Assembly (NCBI GenBank): GCA_033442325.1
Contig: JAWQFM010000021.1
Coordinates: forward strand, 1,116,480-1,180,479
Length of the DNA: 64,000 nucleotides
From: Salpingoeca rosetta
Lineage: Eukaryota; Protista; Choanoflagellata
Reading direction: 5' to 3'
Positions 20,155-31,402 of the stretch are shown here, piece after piece. Both the position numbers and the translations under genes were made by a program. How positions within the stretch are numbered: the stretch's first letter is position 1; every line of letters begins with the position of its first letter. The notes under the pieces were generated by a model. That model was not told the origin of the DNA. It saw only the letters and a program-made list of their open reading frames with translations, and did no database searches.

Positions 20155-21501
20155 NNNNNNNNNNNNNNNNNNNNNNNNNNNNNNNNNNNNNNNNNNNNNN
20201 NNNNNNNNNNNNNNNNNNNNNNNNNNNNNNNNNNNNNNNNNNNNNNNNNNNNNNNNNNNNNNNNNNNNNNNNNNNNNNNNCCTACACACGTGAGTTGTGT
20301 GCCATGTGTGTGTGTGTGTGTGCATGCCCGTCATGCTTGGCAAATGCCATGTGTGCGTGCCATGCAGTGTTGTGAAGTGTTGTCTGTTGTGTATGCTTGC
20401 CTGCAAGCATTCATGCCATGCTTAGCATTGCTCTGCGCGCATGTATGCATGCTGCTCATTGTTTAGATTGTTTATGTTCGTGCACACTCTGCTCATGTCG
20501 CCTTGGCAGCTCTGTTGACTGTGTGTGCACTTGTCGAGTGTTTGTTTGAGCGTGCTGCCCGAGTTGATTTGGCAGCCGCTTGTTGTGCTTGTTCATTCTC
20601 CTTGTGTTCTTGTTTGTTGCGTTTGCCTACAGTAAACACACACACACACACACCTGTCGTGTCTCAACAAAGTTGCAGAACGCGCAAGTCACGCGCTCTG
20701 CAGGTGGACAGCATGGTCCACCGCTCGTGTCGGAGGGCGACGTGCCAGCGTGCATCGGCGATGCAGCGAAGGAGCCAGAGCCTGGCCCACCGATGGCGAG
20801 CACAGGCGTGCGCTTCTTGGGACGATGCAGGCGGCGCTCTTCCTGGATGAGGTCCGCCGTCATCTTGGACAGTGACGGCGGCGGGTCCTCGCGCTCCATG
20901 AACCGCATCGCCACATCAAACTCCGCGGGGAGTTCGTTGCGGACGAGGGTGCGCAGGTCGTCCTCCGGGATGGACACGCCGGCAGCAAGGAGCTGCGAGT
21001 TGATGTCCGTGATGCGGGACATGAACGTGTCGACGGTATCCGTGGGCAACCAGGTGGTTGAGGAGAGCTGCTGCCTGAGGCGGCTGACGTGGTCCTTGCC
21101 GCTGCGGATGTAGCGCTCGCGGAGACGGCGCAGCGCAAGCACACCGGAGCGGCCACGGTTGTTGGTGATGGCCAGCCGCAGCGGGTGTCCCGTCAGGACG
21201 CCAAGGAGGAACGCGAAGCGAAGATGGCTGCGTCAACCTGTGGATCACGGGGATCCAGCAGGCCAGAGGCTCGGGACGCCACCTGCGCTCCTCCGCTCGG
21301 AGTGGCGGAAGAATGGAGAGAGGAAGAGGACGAAGATAGAGGATTTCTGCGACACAAGTTTGACAGACGAAATCTGACAAACAGCTCTTTTTTGTCGAGT
21401 CAGCAACTTTTATTTGTCAGACTTGAGTGAGTGCGCCGTCAAACTTGTCAGATCCGATCCAACGTCCAAAGTTTGACAGAGGCAGGTTGTCTAAAGAAAT
21501 C

Positions 21502-21860
21502 ATGGAGAATCCTCGCAAGAAGCGCAAGCGATCGCAGCTCACGCCACAAGAATGGGCGCAAGCCATTACATGGGCCGTGGAGGCAGACCTTCCACGTCTC
21601 AAAAGCAAGCACGGCGTTGGAGCTAAGTGGCATGATGTGAAAGACCGGCTCGTGGCTCTAGTTCAAAAGAGGGACCGTTCGTTCAACATTACAACAGAAA
21701 CCATGCAGGTATGTCAGCGCGTGCGTGATTCTGTCCCTGTTTGTTGTGAGCGTGATGGAGAAGCATTGAACGTTGATGCCATCGATGGCGATGGCTGCTT
21801 CGGGGGTGCGCTCTCTTAATATACTGTGGTGTTTCTGGATTGTGTGTGTGCGTGTGTGCG

Positions 21861-21925
<65 letters not shown>

Positions 21926-22570
21926 CATTCGCACACAGAAACACATATTACGCCAGGTAGCTACCGCTCGTGATGCAGACAGCGCCAAGTCTCGGACCGG
22001 TTTGGGAGCTGACATTCTTCACCCCGACATTCTGCAAGCAGCGAGGACATTTTACGAGATGGAAGACAAGCTCGTTCAGGACCGCCGCGAAGATGAGAAG
22101 CGCAGAAGCGAAGAGGATGCGCAGCTTGTGCGAGCTGCCATGGAGCGCCGTGCCAAGGAGTCTCGCTCCCCCGTGCATGAAGACGAGGAGCCCATTCCAG
22201 CGAGATTAGTGCAAGCAATGACACAGGCGCAGACACGGTGCGTCATACGATTGCGTGTGGCTGCTATTGCCGTTGCTGATGTTGTATGGTTGTGCGCCCC
22301 TCATTCACGATTGTTGCGTTGTTTAGGGCACTTGAGCTGGAGGAACAACGGGTGCAAATCGAGAAACAGAAGCAGGTACAGTCAGTTGCCTTCAGCGCGG
22401 TTTGTCGGTGTGCTGTCATGTTTTTATTCACCTGTGCTCATTTCATGCATCCGTTGCATCATCTGATTTCTGCACAGGAGGATAACAGCAAGGTCCTCGC
22501 AGCGATGCTGAAGAGCTTGGAAACAATGACCAAGACAATCGATGCGCTTTCCAAGGGGCGTGCACAATAA
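21502..22570 (+). CDS. Harbinger 1 accessory protein (Myb/SANT-trihelix-like DNA-binding, coiled-coil C-terminus), 4 exons
   Basis: NLS RKKRKR; LTPQEW...AKWHDVKDRL; SRTGLG. GT-AG introns join in frame. Position matches the usual second Harbinger gene. Confidence 0.7.
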
Positions 22571-22688
22571 CCGTCCACCGCATGTTCTTCTCGGCGTCGT
22601 GTATTCTGTGTTCATGTTACCAAGCGCTTCGTGAAGCTTGTCACGGGTACCTTTACTTTCAGTAAACGCAAATACACAAAAGACACAG

Positions 22689-24300
22689 TCAATCATTCAA
22701 GAGGTATTCCTCGAGAGAAGGGGGGTGGCAAGCAAAGTACTTACTTGTTTGACTCCCGTAGAGACAATTCAAGCAGTTTGCAAGCAAGAAAGCGCAACGA
22801 ATGAAAGAAGCGACAGGGCCTTGCCCGACCTTCAGGCTCCTGCTGTATGTAATAAAAGCAAACGAGTTTCCAACACACCCGAACTCCCACTCCACACTGA
22901 CCCTTACTGACGAAAGGTGTCTTCGAAGGTCAGCCTCAGGTGTTCCATTTTGTACGTTCCGAGGCAAGGGCAGTAGTCTTGCGGACCGAGCATATGCAGC
23001 ATCTCCCAGAACTTTCAAGGACGAGGAGAGGTGCTCAAGCTTGTCCGTTACGTGGGAGGCGGAGTAGATTCTGGCATCATGCCAGCGACCTGAAGCACCC
23101 GCACACAGAGAGAGTACCACACATATCAGCGTGATCAAGACTGTTGAGTGGGCAGGGGTTGGTTTGCTGTAACGAGAGTCTTCATCATGTCCGGCAGCGA
23201 GAACAAACCTGGTGCTGGTCCAAAGAGCGCGCCGATCATACCATTGGGAAGGGATATGGCCTGCAGCTTGAGTCCGTTGTGCCGTTTGTGCCTTACAGCA
23301 GCGAGGTTCGTGAAAACGCAGCATGAGCCCACTCAAGCACCCGATGAAGACACAATCTCCTCACACCTACACATATATTCATCACGAGCACGCAAACAAT
23401 TAGAAGAACACACCCATTGTAAGAAGCAATCTGATGGCGCCTATGTCGGGGGCGAGATATGGCAATGAGTGTCCCATCCACGAACCCTATGTGACACACA
23501 CAAACGCAGGGAACATATTGAGTTCTGCATGTCACTCGATACAACAACGACAACGAAAGAGATCTCCTGTGTTATCTGAAACTCATGTGCCTTCTTTGCA
23601 GGTGTAATGGTCTGGTTGCACTGGCTCTGTTGATGCATCGTCTGTCGTATCCATCCAGGCTCAGCACGATCCTACGGAGCTTCTGTGAGTCGCATTTTCA
23701 TGCTCGTGTTGACAATTGCATGCGGTCTATCTCAAATAAGCCCTCACCCACCTCTCGTTGCGATGTTTGTAGGCCTTAGCTGGTCTCCAGGGAAACTTTC
23801 AACGATCCTGTTGGACATTGCTGGGGATCTTTCGAGCAAGCACGCCTCCAGGCTGGAGTTCTCACGATACTTGTTTGCACAGCATAGGCTTCACGAGTAC
23901 GCCGCATCTGTGCAGGAAAAGGGCGTGTCGTTGCCTGATAGCCAATTTATTTTCGGTGAGTGGACAAGGGGTGCAACGCAATATCGCCGTGAACGTCAAG
24001 CGTCAGTGCAACGTACTTTGTGCGATGCTCTCGGCCATACCAAGGTCGAACATTCAGATTGATTGCCAGACGACGAAAATGGCTCAACGAGTGCACGCGA
24101 AAGAAGTACTTGAACTCCTTGTTGGTGAAGATGGTTAAGTCAAGGGTGTTGGACATGTCAACCCAGGCACGTGGCACACTCGCCAGTCGCCGATACATAA
24201 AGTAGAGTAGCAGAGCCTGACGCTGCTGAAACGTCTTGTGGGGCGATGCTGCAATTATCATCATCTGCTCGTCCACACCCCTCCAGGTCACTGCAGCCAT
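22689..24300 (-). CDS. Harbinger 1 DDE transposase; exons 24300-24017(-), 23602-23684(+), 23773-23955(+), 23486-23414(-), 23291-23209(-), 23089-22689(-); exons 2-3 inverted
   Basis: GFVDGT, YNGHKR, GRWHDA, GDAAY, VRVSVEWEFG. The plus-strand exons supply GLVALALLMHRLSYPSRL and YAASVQEKG with matching splice phases. Confidence 0.85.
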
Positions 24301-24657
24301 GGTGCTTGTCTTGCTTGTGGATTCGAGTGGTTGGCGGGATCATCAACCTCTCTTGTCTGTCTGAGCTTTGTCAAGTTTGACTTTGACGACATTGCTAGCC
24401 CCGAACTGTCAGATTTGATTTCGTCAAACTTGTGTCGCAGAAATCCTCTGATGGCTGAGCGCCGTGGTCGTCGCCATCGCCCTCGTCGTCATCATCGTCA
24501 TCATGGTCCTCCACGTCGTGGCGGGCGCCAGTGCGGCGCGGGCCGCGTTGAGCGCAGGAGCGAGTGCGGGGACCCGAAGCACCGTGGGTGCTTGGGCTCG
24601 GCGATGAGGCAGCTGCTGGAGCCTGCCCGTCTCCTTGGTGGTCAGCACCACCCTCGG

Positions 24658-24988
24658 TGTTGACAGGCAAGTTGTAACGTCGCTCGCCTGTCTCTTTCTG
24701 TCTCTCCCCTCTGCCTCTCCGACTCCCTTACCACTGCACCTTGTCCCGCTGTGTCCCACTGTTTCCCCCTTCTCGCCCTTCGAGGCATCGTATTGCTCTG
24801 GATGTTCTTTGTTCTCCTAATGTTCTGATGTCATGTTTAGTCTGATTGACGTCATGTTTAACTCGTGAGTGTCGTATAGTAGCGTTTGCCTGTGTCGTGT
24901 CACGCCGTGCCCAGTGCCTCGGAACTGCTTGCCTCTCGGCGGCGATCCCGTCATCAACTAAGATGACGGCACGACACATGCCTGCATG
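24658..24988 (+). mobile_element. First 15 bp of an LTR-A copy in plus orientation (24658-24672), followed by a different LTR-like sequence starting TGTAAC that runs into the N gap
   Basis: tgttgacaggcaagt is the exact LTR-A start. There is an abrupt switch to tgtaacgtcg, a typical LTR 5' end. Confidence 0.55.
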
Positions 24989-25088
24989 NNNNNNNNNNNN
25001 NNNNNNNNNNNNNNNNNNNNNNNNNNNNNNNNNNNNNNNNNNNNNNNNNNNNNNNNNNNNNNNNNNNNNNNNNNNNNNNNNNNNNNNN

Positions 25089-25350
25089 GGTGACCAGCAG
25101 AAGACAGGATTTGTCGACATCGCAATAGTGGTGTCGTGGTCAGTGTTTGTTGAGACTTCTGTGCTTATATGGTGTGTTACCCAAGAGCATGTAACATTGA
25201 GCAACCACACAAGCTAAACACGGCACGTGCGACAGGTTGGAGGGAAATCACGTGAACGTTCCAGAACACAAGAGAGGTGAGTGCAAATTTGTGGTGTCGT
25301 GAAGAAGGGAGGTCAATGATGACTCAGCAGACAGGACTTGCCTGTCAACA
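25089..25350 (-). mobile_element. Partial, more diverged LTR-A copy
   Basis: Aligns to the part of 11594-12026 ending at gtcaaca. Confidence 0.85.
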
Positions 25351-25564
25351 GTAGTACTTCCAGCATACCTCACTCGCGTACTTTCCTCAAGTAGCGTTTC
25401 AACGGTACTGTGCTGGACTCAATTGTGACCTTTTTTCTTTCACCCAGTAGCACCGTATGCCGTAGCACTCATATGGGTGCAGGGTAGCTGAGTGTGCGTT
25501 GTAGCACTAGTGTCACTGTTTCGTTAACACAGGAGAAGATTCCTGACGCACAACAAAACACAAC

Positions 25565-25992
25565 TGTAGAACACTCATGGTGATGGTGCTGTTGTTGGAG
25601 ACTTGTGTGTGTGTGTGTGCTGTGTGTGCTGTGTGTTGTGTGGGAGATTGTCTTGGCAAGAGAGAGTTGTGTGTGTTTACTTGAGTTGTGAAGCAAACAA
25701 GGATGTAGGATGAATGAACACTCCAACAGAAAGAAACAGAGCAGAAGACAAGAATTGTCGACAACGCAAAGTGGTGACGTGGCAGTGTTTGTTGAGAGTT
25801 GTGTGGTTATATGGTGTGTTATGCAAGAGCATGTAACATCGAGCAACCACACAAGCTAAACACTGCACGTGCGACAGGTTGGAGGGAAATCACGTGAACG
25901 TTCCAGAACACAAGAGAGGTGAGTGCAAATTTGTGGTGTCGTGAAGAAGGGAGGTCAATGATGACTCAGCAGACAGGACTTGCCTGTCAACA
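25565..25992 (-). mobile_element. LTR-A copy inserted in the Harbinger 2 transposase
   Basis: Near-identical to 26281-26717, with a variant terminus tgtagaacac. Confidence 0.85.
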
Positions 25993-26965
25993 GTAGTACT
26001 TCCAGCATACCTCACTGTCTTACCATAAAGCTGTCATGACAGACACCAGTGTTGTGGAAAGTATGTAAGCTCAGAATAACCACAAAGAAACATGTGTACC
26101 ACAGAAGTCAAACATGCATGTCAGCTTACCTTCAAAGCCACTGGCAACGAAGCTGAACGTCCGATCGTGGCGAATCGCGACAAAAACGTTCATTGCATAG
26201 AACTTCTTGCGGCACATCCAAGCTGACGTTTCTTCTTCGGTCATCCCAATGTTTCGAAAAGGCACCAAGGTACCATCTGCTGTTGCAAGTTCATGGTGGT
26301 GGTGCTGTTGTTGGAGACTTGTGTGTGTGTGTGTGCTGTGTGTGCAGAGTGTGCTGTGTGTTGTGTGGGAGATTGTCTTGGCAAGAGGAAGTTGTGTGTG
26401 TTTACTTGAGTTGTGAAGCAAACAAGGATGTAGGATGAATGAACACTCCAACAGAAAGAAACAGAGCAGAAGACAAGAATTGTCGACAACGCAAAGTGGT
26501 GACGTGGCAGTGTTTGTTGAGAGTTGTGTGGTTATGTGGTGTGTTATGCAAGAGCATGTAACATCGAGCAACCACACAAGCTAAACACTGCACGTGCAAC
26601 AGGTTGGAGGGAAATCACGTGAACATTCCAGAACACAAGAGAGGTGAATGCAAATTTGTGGTGTCGTGAAGAAGGGAGGTCAATGATGACTCAGCAGACA
26701 GGACTTGCCTGTCAACATCTGCAGCGCCAATGCAGCATGCGAAGTACGGGTCTTGGTCAGTCCAAGCGGCCAGTTCATTGGCAATATCTTCGGCCGTTTG
26801 CGGAAACGCAAACAGCGTCGCTGTTGACATCACGGTTCCAGTGTCAATGCTTGCTGAGTCAGCAAATTCTGCTGTAAACGTTTCTGTTCACGTGCGCCCA
26901 GAAACGGGCGTTTCTGGTTGTTTTGCCACGTGGCACTTCTCTCTCTCCTCCAGTTTTCTGTCTAT
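25993..26965 (-). pseudogene. Harbinger 2 transposase remnant (5' bit continues at 31598-31625 beyond Harbinger 3)
   Basis: Reconstructed MNWETLSHIDRKLEE...FPQTAEDIA...YFACCIGAADGTLVPFR...WMCRKKFYAMNV...GFEG|VCHDSFM, with in-frame stops and three insertions. Confidence 0.82.
26281..26717 (-). mobile_element. Solo LTR-A (437 bp) with 5-bp TSD TCTGC
   Basis: tctgc at 26276-26280 and 26718-26722; TG...CA ends. Confidence 0.93.
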
Positions 26966-27143
26966 GGGCGAATTCGAAGGCGAACCAAAGCTGGCCAAAC
27001 TGATGCACTTTGTCACAAAACCATTCGAAGGAACCACTTTTGCAAACCAAACTGGTCGCCAAACTTTTGCGAAGGGTGAGGTTTTGGTGGGGCTGTGCAA
27101 AGCTGGGCAAACCGTGAGCGGGCTACCCGGCTGCCCGCCAAGA

Positions 27144-28060
27144 ATGCTGACTCAGCAGCGTAAGCGAGCCGTGCTCGTGACGGTGTGGATGATGATGAGA
27201 CAACGGCTGGCGATGTTGTGGTTGCTGTTGGTCGCTGGGGGCGAGGCCAAGCGGACAAGGATCCACAGCTCTCAAGGCGTGCAGCTCACCGTTCCAAACA
27301 GGTAACAGTACAAGGGGCAACAGCCGCGTGTACGCTTGCCTTTCTGTGATAGTGAACACTGGAGTTAGCGAGTGTAATCACTGTTCGTCACACTGTCACA
27401 GACGTTTTCAGGAGCATCTTCAGTTGCAGAACAGTGCGTTCAGACGCAAGTACTTCATGAGCAAGAAACAATTCAAGACACTGGTTCGGATGATTCGCCC
27501 ATGGCTGCCTCAGCGCAAGCACAAGCAGGTGAGTCCGTGTGAGTGAGAGCGCGCGCGCGCGCGTGTGTGTGTGTGTTTGCAAGTGTGTGTGACTCCTGTT
27601 CGCTGTTTGGTTCAAATGTTCTGCTTATGCAAGTCATTGTTGATACGATTGCAGGTGGACATGAATGTGATTGTTGCTGCTGTTGTCAATCATCTTCAGG
27701 CGGGCAGCTCTTACTGGAGGTGCGCCGATCACTATGGTATCAGCACGTCATTACTGTGGGAATACGAAGAACACGTAAGTCATGTACTTGTGTGTTTCGG
27801 TTCTCAGCTTGGGTTGGTTGCAAGTCACTACAAGTACCGGTGAACGCTTAGTGTGAACAATGTGTCCTTGTTGTGCAGGTTCTCAGGGGCATAATTCGTG
27901 GCCTCTCACATCTTGTTCGCTTTCCTTCGACCCCAGAAGAGATTGCACGAGAGACAGAGTATTGGTCGGAGCACGATGAGTACTTTAAAGGGTGTATTGG
28001 AGCTGCCGATAGAACGCTGGTCACATTTCGACCTCGACGTATCCATGCATTCAATGCTCA

Positions 28061-28120
<60 letters not shown>

Positions 28121-29346
28121 TGTGTGTGTCTGTCTGTCTGTGTATTTGTGTGCGTATGTGTGTCTGTGTATTTGTGTGCGTCTGTGTGTCTGTGTATTTG
28201 CGTGCGTGCGTGCGTGCGTGTGTGTGTGTGTGCGCGTCTGTGTGTGTCTGTGCGTGTGTGTCTGTGCGTGTGTGTCTGTGTGTCTGTGCCTCTGTGTGTG
28301 TATGTATTTGTGTGCGTCTGTGTGTGTGTGTGTGCGTCAGCAGTCGCTGACCTACCTCAGCAGTCGCTGACCTACCTCGCAAGCACAGTGTATGCTCACG
28401 TACTGCATGAACCTGTGCCTGCCTGCGTGCGTGTACGTTCGTGTTTGTGTGCGCGGGTATGTGTGTATGTGCATGTGTGGTCGTGAAACAGGTATCTCCG
28501 AGTCAAAGCGGAAAACGTGGTTCTGCAGAAAGGAAAAGCAGGCAATGAATGTATTGGTTAGTGTAAACCATGACCGCACTTTCCAGTATGTCAGCGCGGG
28601 ATTTGAAGGTATGCATCATCTCTCGTATTGTTTTAACCTCCTTTGCCCGGTAGTCTGTCAACTAGACATCGTAGCTCCTTTCATCGTGTGTTACATGGAT
28701 GTTGCAGGTGCTTGCCATGACTCCTTCATGATCACCAAAGTTGGGTTCGTCGACCGCATCCCTACTGGAACGTATGTCCTGTTTGATGCGGGCGGTCCGC
28801 TTGTGGAGCATCGCATCCTCGTTCCCTTCAAAGGTATGATAGATGGGTGTGCGTGCATGCATACGTGTGTGCGTGCGCATGGCTGTATGACGTATGTACG
28901 TGCATGTGTGTGTATGCTTCGTGTGCGTGCACGGTTGTATGATGCGTGTGGATATTCATTCACTTGTGTTGTGACTCCATTGGCCGTCCTGCATCGCAGC
29001 AACACGCTACCATGTCAGTGCCTTCACAGATAATCCACCACTCAATGCAAAGGAGGCATTTAACTGGAGACACTCCAGCAAACGCATGAGAGTGGAGCAG
29101 GCAATAGGCCACCTCAAGCAGCGTTTCCAGATACTAGCACAGGAGAAGCTGACATGCACGCCCGAACGGGCAGTCGACTTCGTGCTTGCAAGTGCTGCAC
29201 TTCACAACTACATCGGGGCACCAGACGACACTGAAGTACCCCTCTACCAAGATGCTCCGATACCCACAAACCAAGCACCCACCCAACAAGCGATGCAGTG
29301 GCGCCAACACATTGCTGATGCTTGCTTTGAACAGTGGTGTTCATAA
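27144..29346 (+). CDS. Harbinger 3 DDE transposase, multi-exon
   Basis: [12 protein letters not shown]; CIGAADRT; [10 protein letters not shown]; GACHDSF; FDAG; [26 protein letters not shown]; ALHNY. Confidence 0.88.
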
Positions 29347-29450
29347 ATATATTTATGAGTGAGAAGCCATCAATCGTAAAACGTGCTGCACACACAACAA
29401 ACACAACACCACAGAACAGGCAGCAGCAAACCACAGCAACGACATCAGCA

Positions 29451-31402
29451 TCAGCAAACCACAGCAACGACATCAGTATCAGCATCGCTGTCAACATCAC
29501 CACTATCATCGTTACATCTGGCGGTGACTGAGTCGTCTTGACTATTGTTGTCACTGTCCTCCTCCTGTCCGGCGCGGCTGGTGGTGCGTGGGCTTTCGCG
29601 TGGGCCATCGTTCATCCCAGAGTCGGGCGCCTGTGTTGTTGGTGGTGCGGAGGTATGTTGTGCAGGAGGCGTTCCGCCCAGCACCTGTATCAGTGCAGCG
29701 AACTGCACTGATGTCTGGTGCATAAACTCCCTAAAGAGCTCAAGTTTTGGGTCTGGGCTAGCGGTCGATGCTGCAGGTCGAGGTTTCCTCCGTCTTCGTT
29801 GTTCGACTTCGTCACCGACCTCCCTTGCCTGTGAGCCTACAACACAAACGAGTGCATACAAGCGTACGCGTGTGAGCGCGTGAGCTTCGTGTACAAGAAA
29901 GTGTGCATGTGAGAGGCCCATGTGAATACCTGTGGGTACGGCGTCGTTGAGGATCTGATGGAGAAGCAGGAACTTCTCCTCTCCAAGTTCGTCTAGCTTC
30001 TGGGCGCTCTTCTGCAGTACGTGCTTTCGTGGCTCCTCATCGAATTCAGGCCATTGCAATAGCCTTTCCTGCACGAGATACATGCAAACAACGAAGGTGA
30101 CACTCACGCGCACGCTCAGTCACACACACACACATACACACAGCCAGACATACACTCGCATACACACACAGTTAGTTCGACACGCGCACACGCACACACA
30201 CACACGCACATGCACATACGCACATACACACACACGCACGCGCACGCACACACACGTACACACGCACATACACACACGCGCGCTCACGCACACACACGTA
30301 CACACGCACATACACACACGCGCGCTCACGCACACACACGTACACACGCACATACACACACACGCGCGCATGCACACACACGTACACACGCACATACACA
30401 CACACAAACACACGCACATACACACACACACATACACACACATACACACACACAAACACACAGACGCACAGACGCACAAACACACACGCACACGCACGAT
30501 TCAATTGCCATGCAAGAAGACACCCTTACCTCGTATCCATCCCCTTGCAGATTGCCAAGGCCCGATTTCTTGGTGAAGAAGGTGTGCGCGTCTGTTGCGT
30601 GCCTGTACAAATCTTGCATTTCTCGAAATTGCCGATGTGCACGCGTCCCCAGGCCACTGTTCGCAAGCCTCTTCATCTTCGACTTTGCGCCAACTCTCTT
30701 CTTCATCATCTCTCCCACCCTCTTCCACGTTGCATCATCACCCTTTCGAATGTCGTCCACGGTTGCAAGACCGGTGGACATCAGATCTTGCACGCACGTC
30801 AACAACAACACTCGCGTCTCGTCCGTCCACCGAATGTTGACACGGCCTGCATCCTTTCCATCCTGTTTTGGTGTCGACGTCAAGGAAGAAGCGGGCGAGG
30901 TCACTGGGGGCGAAACAGGCGATGTTGTCAGCACCGAGTGATGTGCTGCCACTGGCGTTGTTGTCTGTGCAGGGGGTGGGTGAGGGTGGAGAACAGTTGC
31001 CGCAGGGATTGATGCTGCAGAAACCGAGGCCACAGACGGTGAAGTTTCAGGGGCAGTTGCAGTTGATGCTGTCGGGGCCGAGCTCACGGGCGACGACGTT
31101 GCAGGAGCAGTCACGCATGACGTTGACGCTGAAGACGTGGAGTAGAGTGCTTCCTGCGCAAGCATTGCAGCGATGGACACGGGCTCGTGCACAGGTTCGT
31201 GTAAAGCCATATGCGGTCGCTTGGCAGGAGGCACTTGCGATCCGCCAGGCGTGCACTCCTCGCAGAACAGTAGAGGGCCGCGGCGAGTATCGCGCGAAGA
31301 CACTGCACACCCCATGTGAAGAGGACGACGACAAGCACACCAGCTTTGGCATGTCTGCGCGCACACCACGCACACGCTGTCCTCGCTTGTCACCATCGCC
31401 AT
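29451..31402 (-). CDS. Harbinger 3 accessory protein: N-terminal PHD-like finger, Ser/Thr/Pro linker, Myb/SANT-like domain
   Basis: CVVC-x7-CAC-x4-H-x2-C...CEEC (C4HC3), then [11 protein letters not shown]...TWKRVGEMM...KSGLG. Donor at 30529. Confidence 0.72.

Larger units (their letters stand above)
16222..20669 (+). mobile_element. Copia element 2, inserted antisense into the gag zinc knuckle of copia 1; 5' LTR mostly in gap; 3' LTR-like sequence 20281-20669
   Basis: ...taca followed by a PBS at 16228, then a full gag-pol. The LTR-like end ...tctcaaca at 20669 abuts the truncated CAFCN knuckle of the copia 1 gag. The two visible LTR ends differ slightly (tctaca vs tctcaaca, at a contig edge). 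Confidence 0.8.
21338..24449. mobile_element. PIF/Harbinger DNA transposon 1 (3112 bp), 27-bp perfect TIRs AGAGGATTTCTGCGACACAAGTTTGAC, 3-bp TSD GAT
   Basis: TIRs at 21338-21364 and 24423-24449; GAT at 21335-21337 and 24450-24452. Subterminal TGACA/TGTCA repeats. Two convergent genes. Confidence 0.92.
20670..24657 (-). pseudogene. gag: gag of copia element 1, in two pieces (24657-24450 and 21337-20670) split by Harbinger 1; 5-bp frameshift at 21213-21222
   Basis: Removing the Harbinger and one TSD restores the frame (AQPSSSSS...). Copia gag pattern LRERY...RLRQQL...AGVSIPEDD...LPAEF...EERR, then a truncated CAFC knuckle. Confidence 0.8.
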
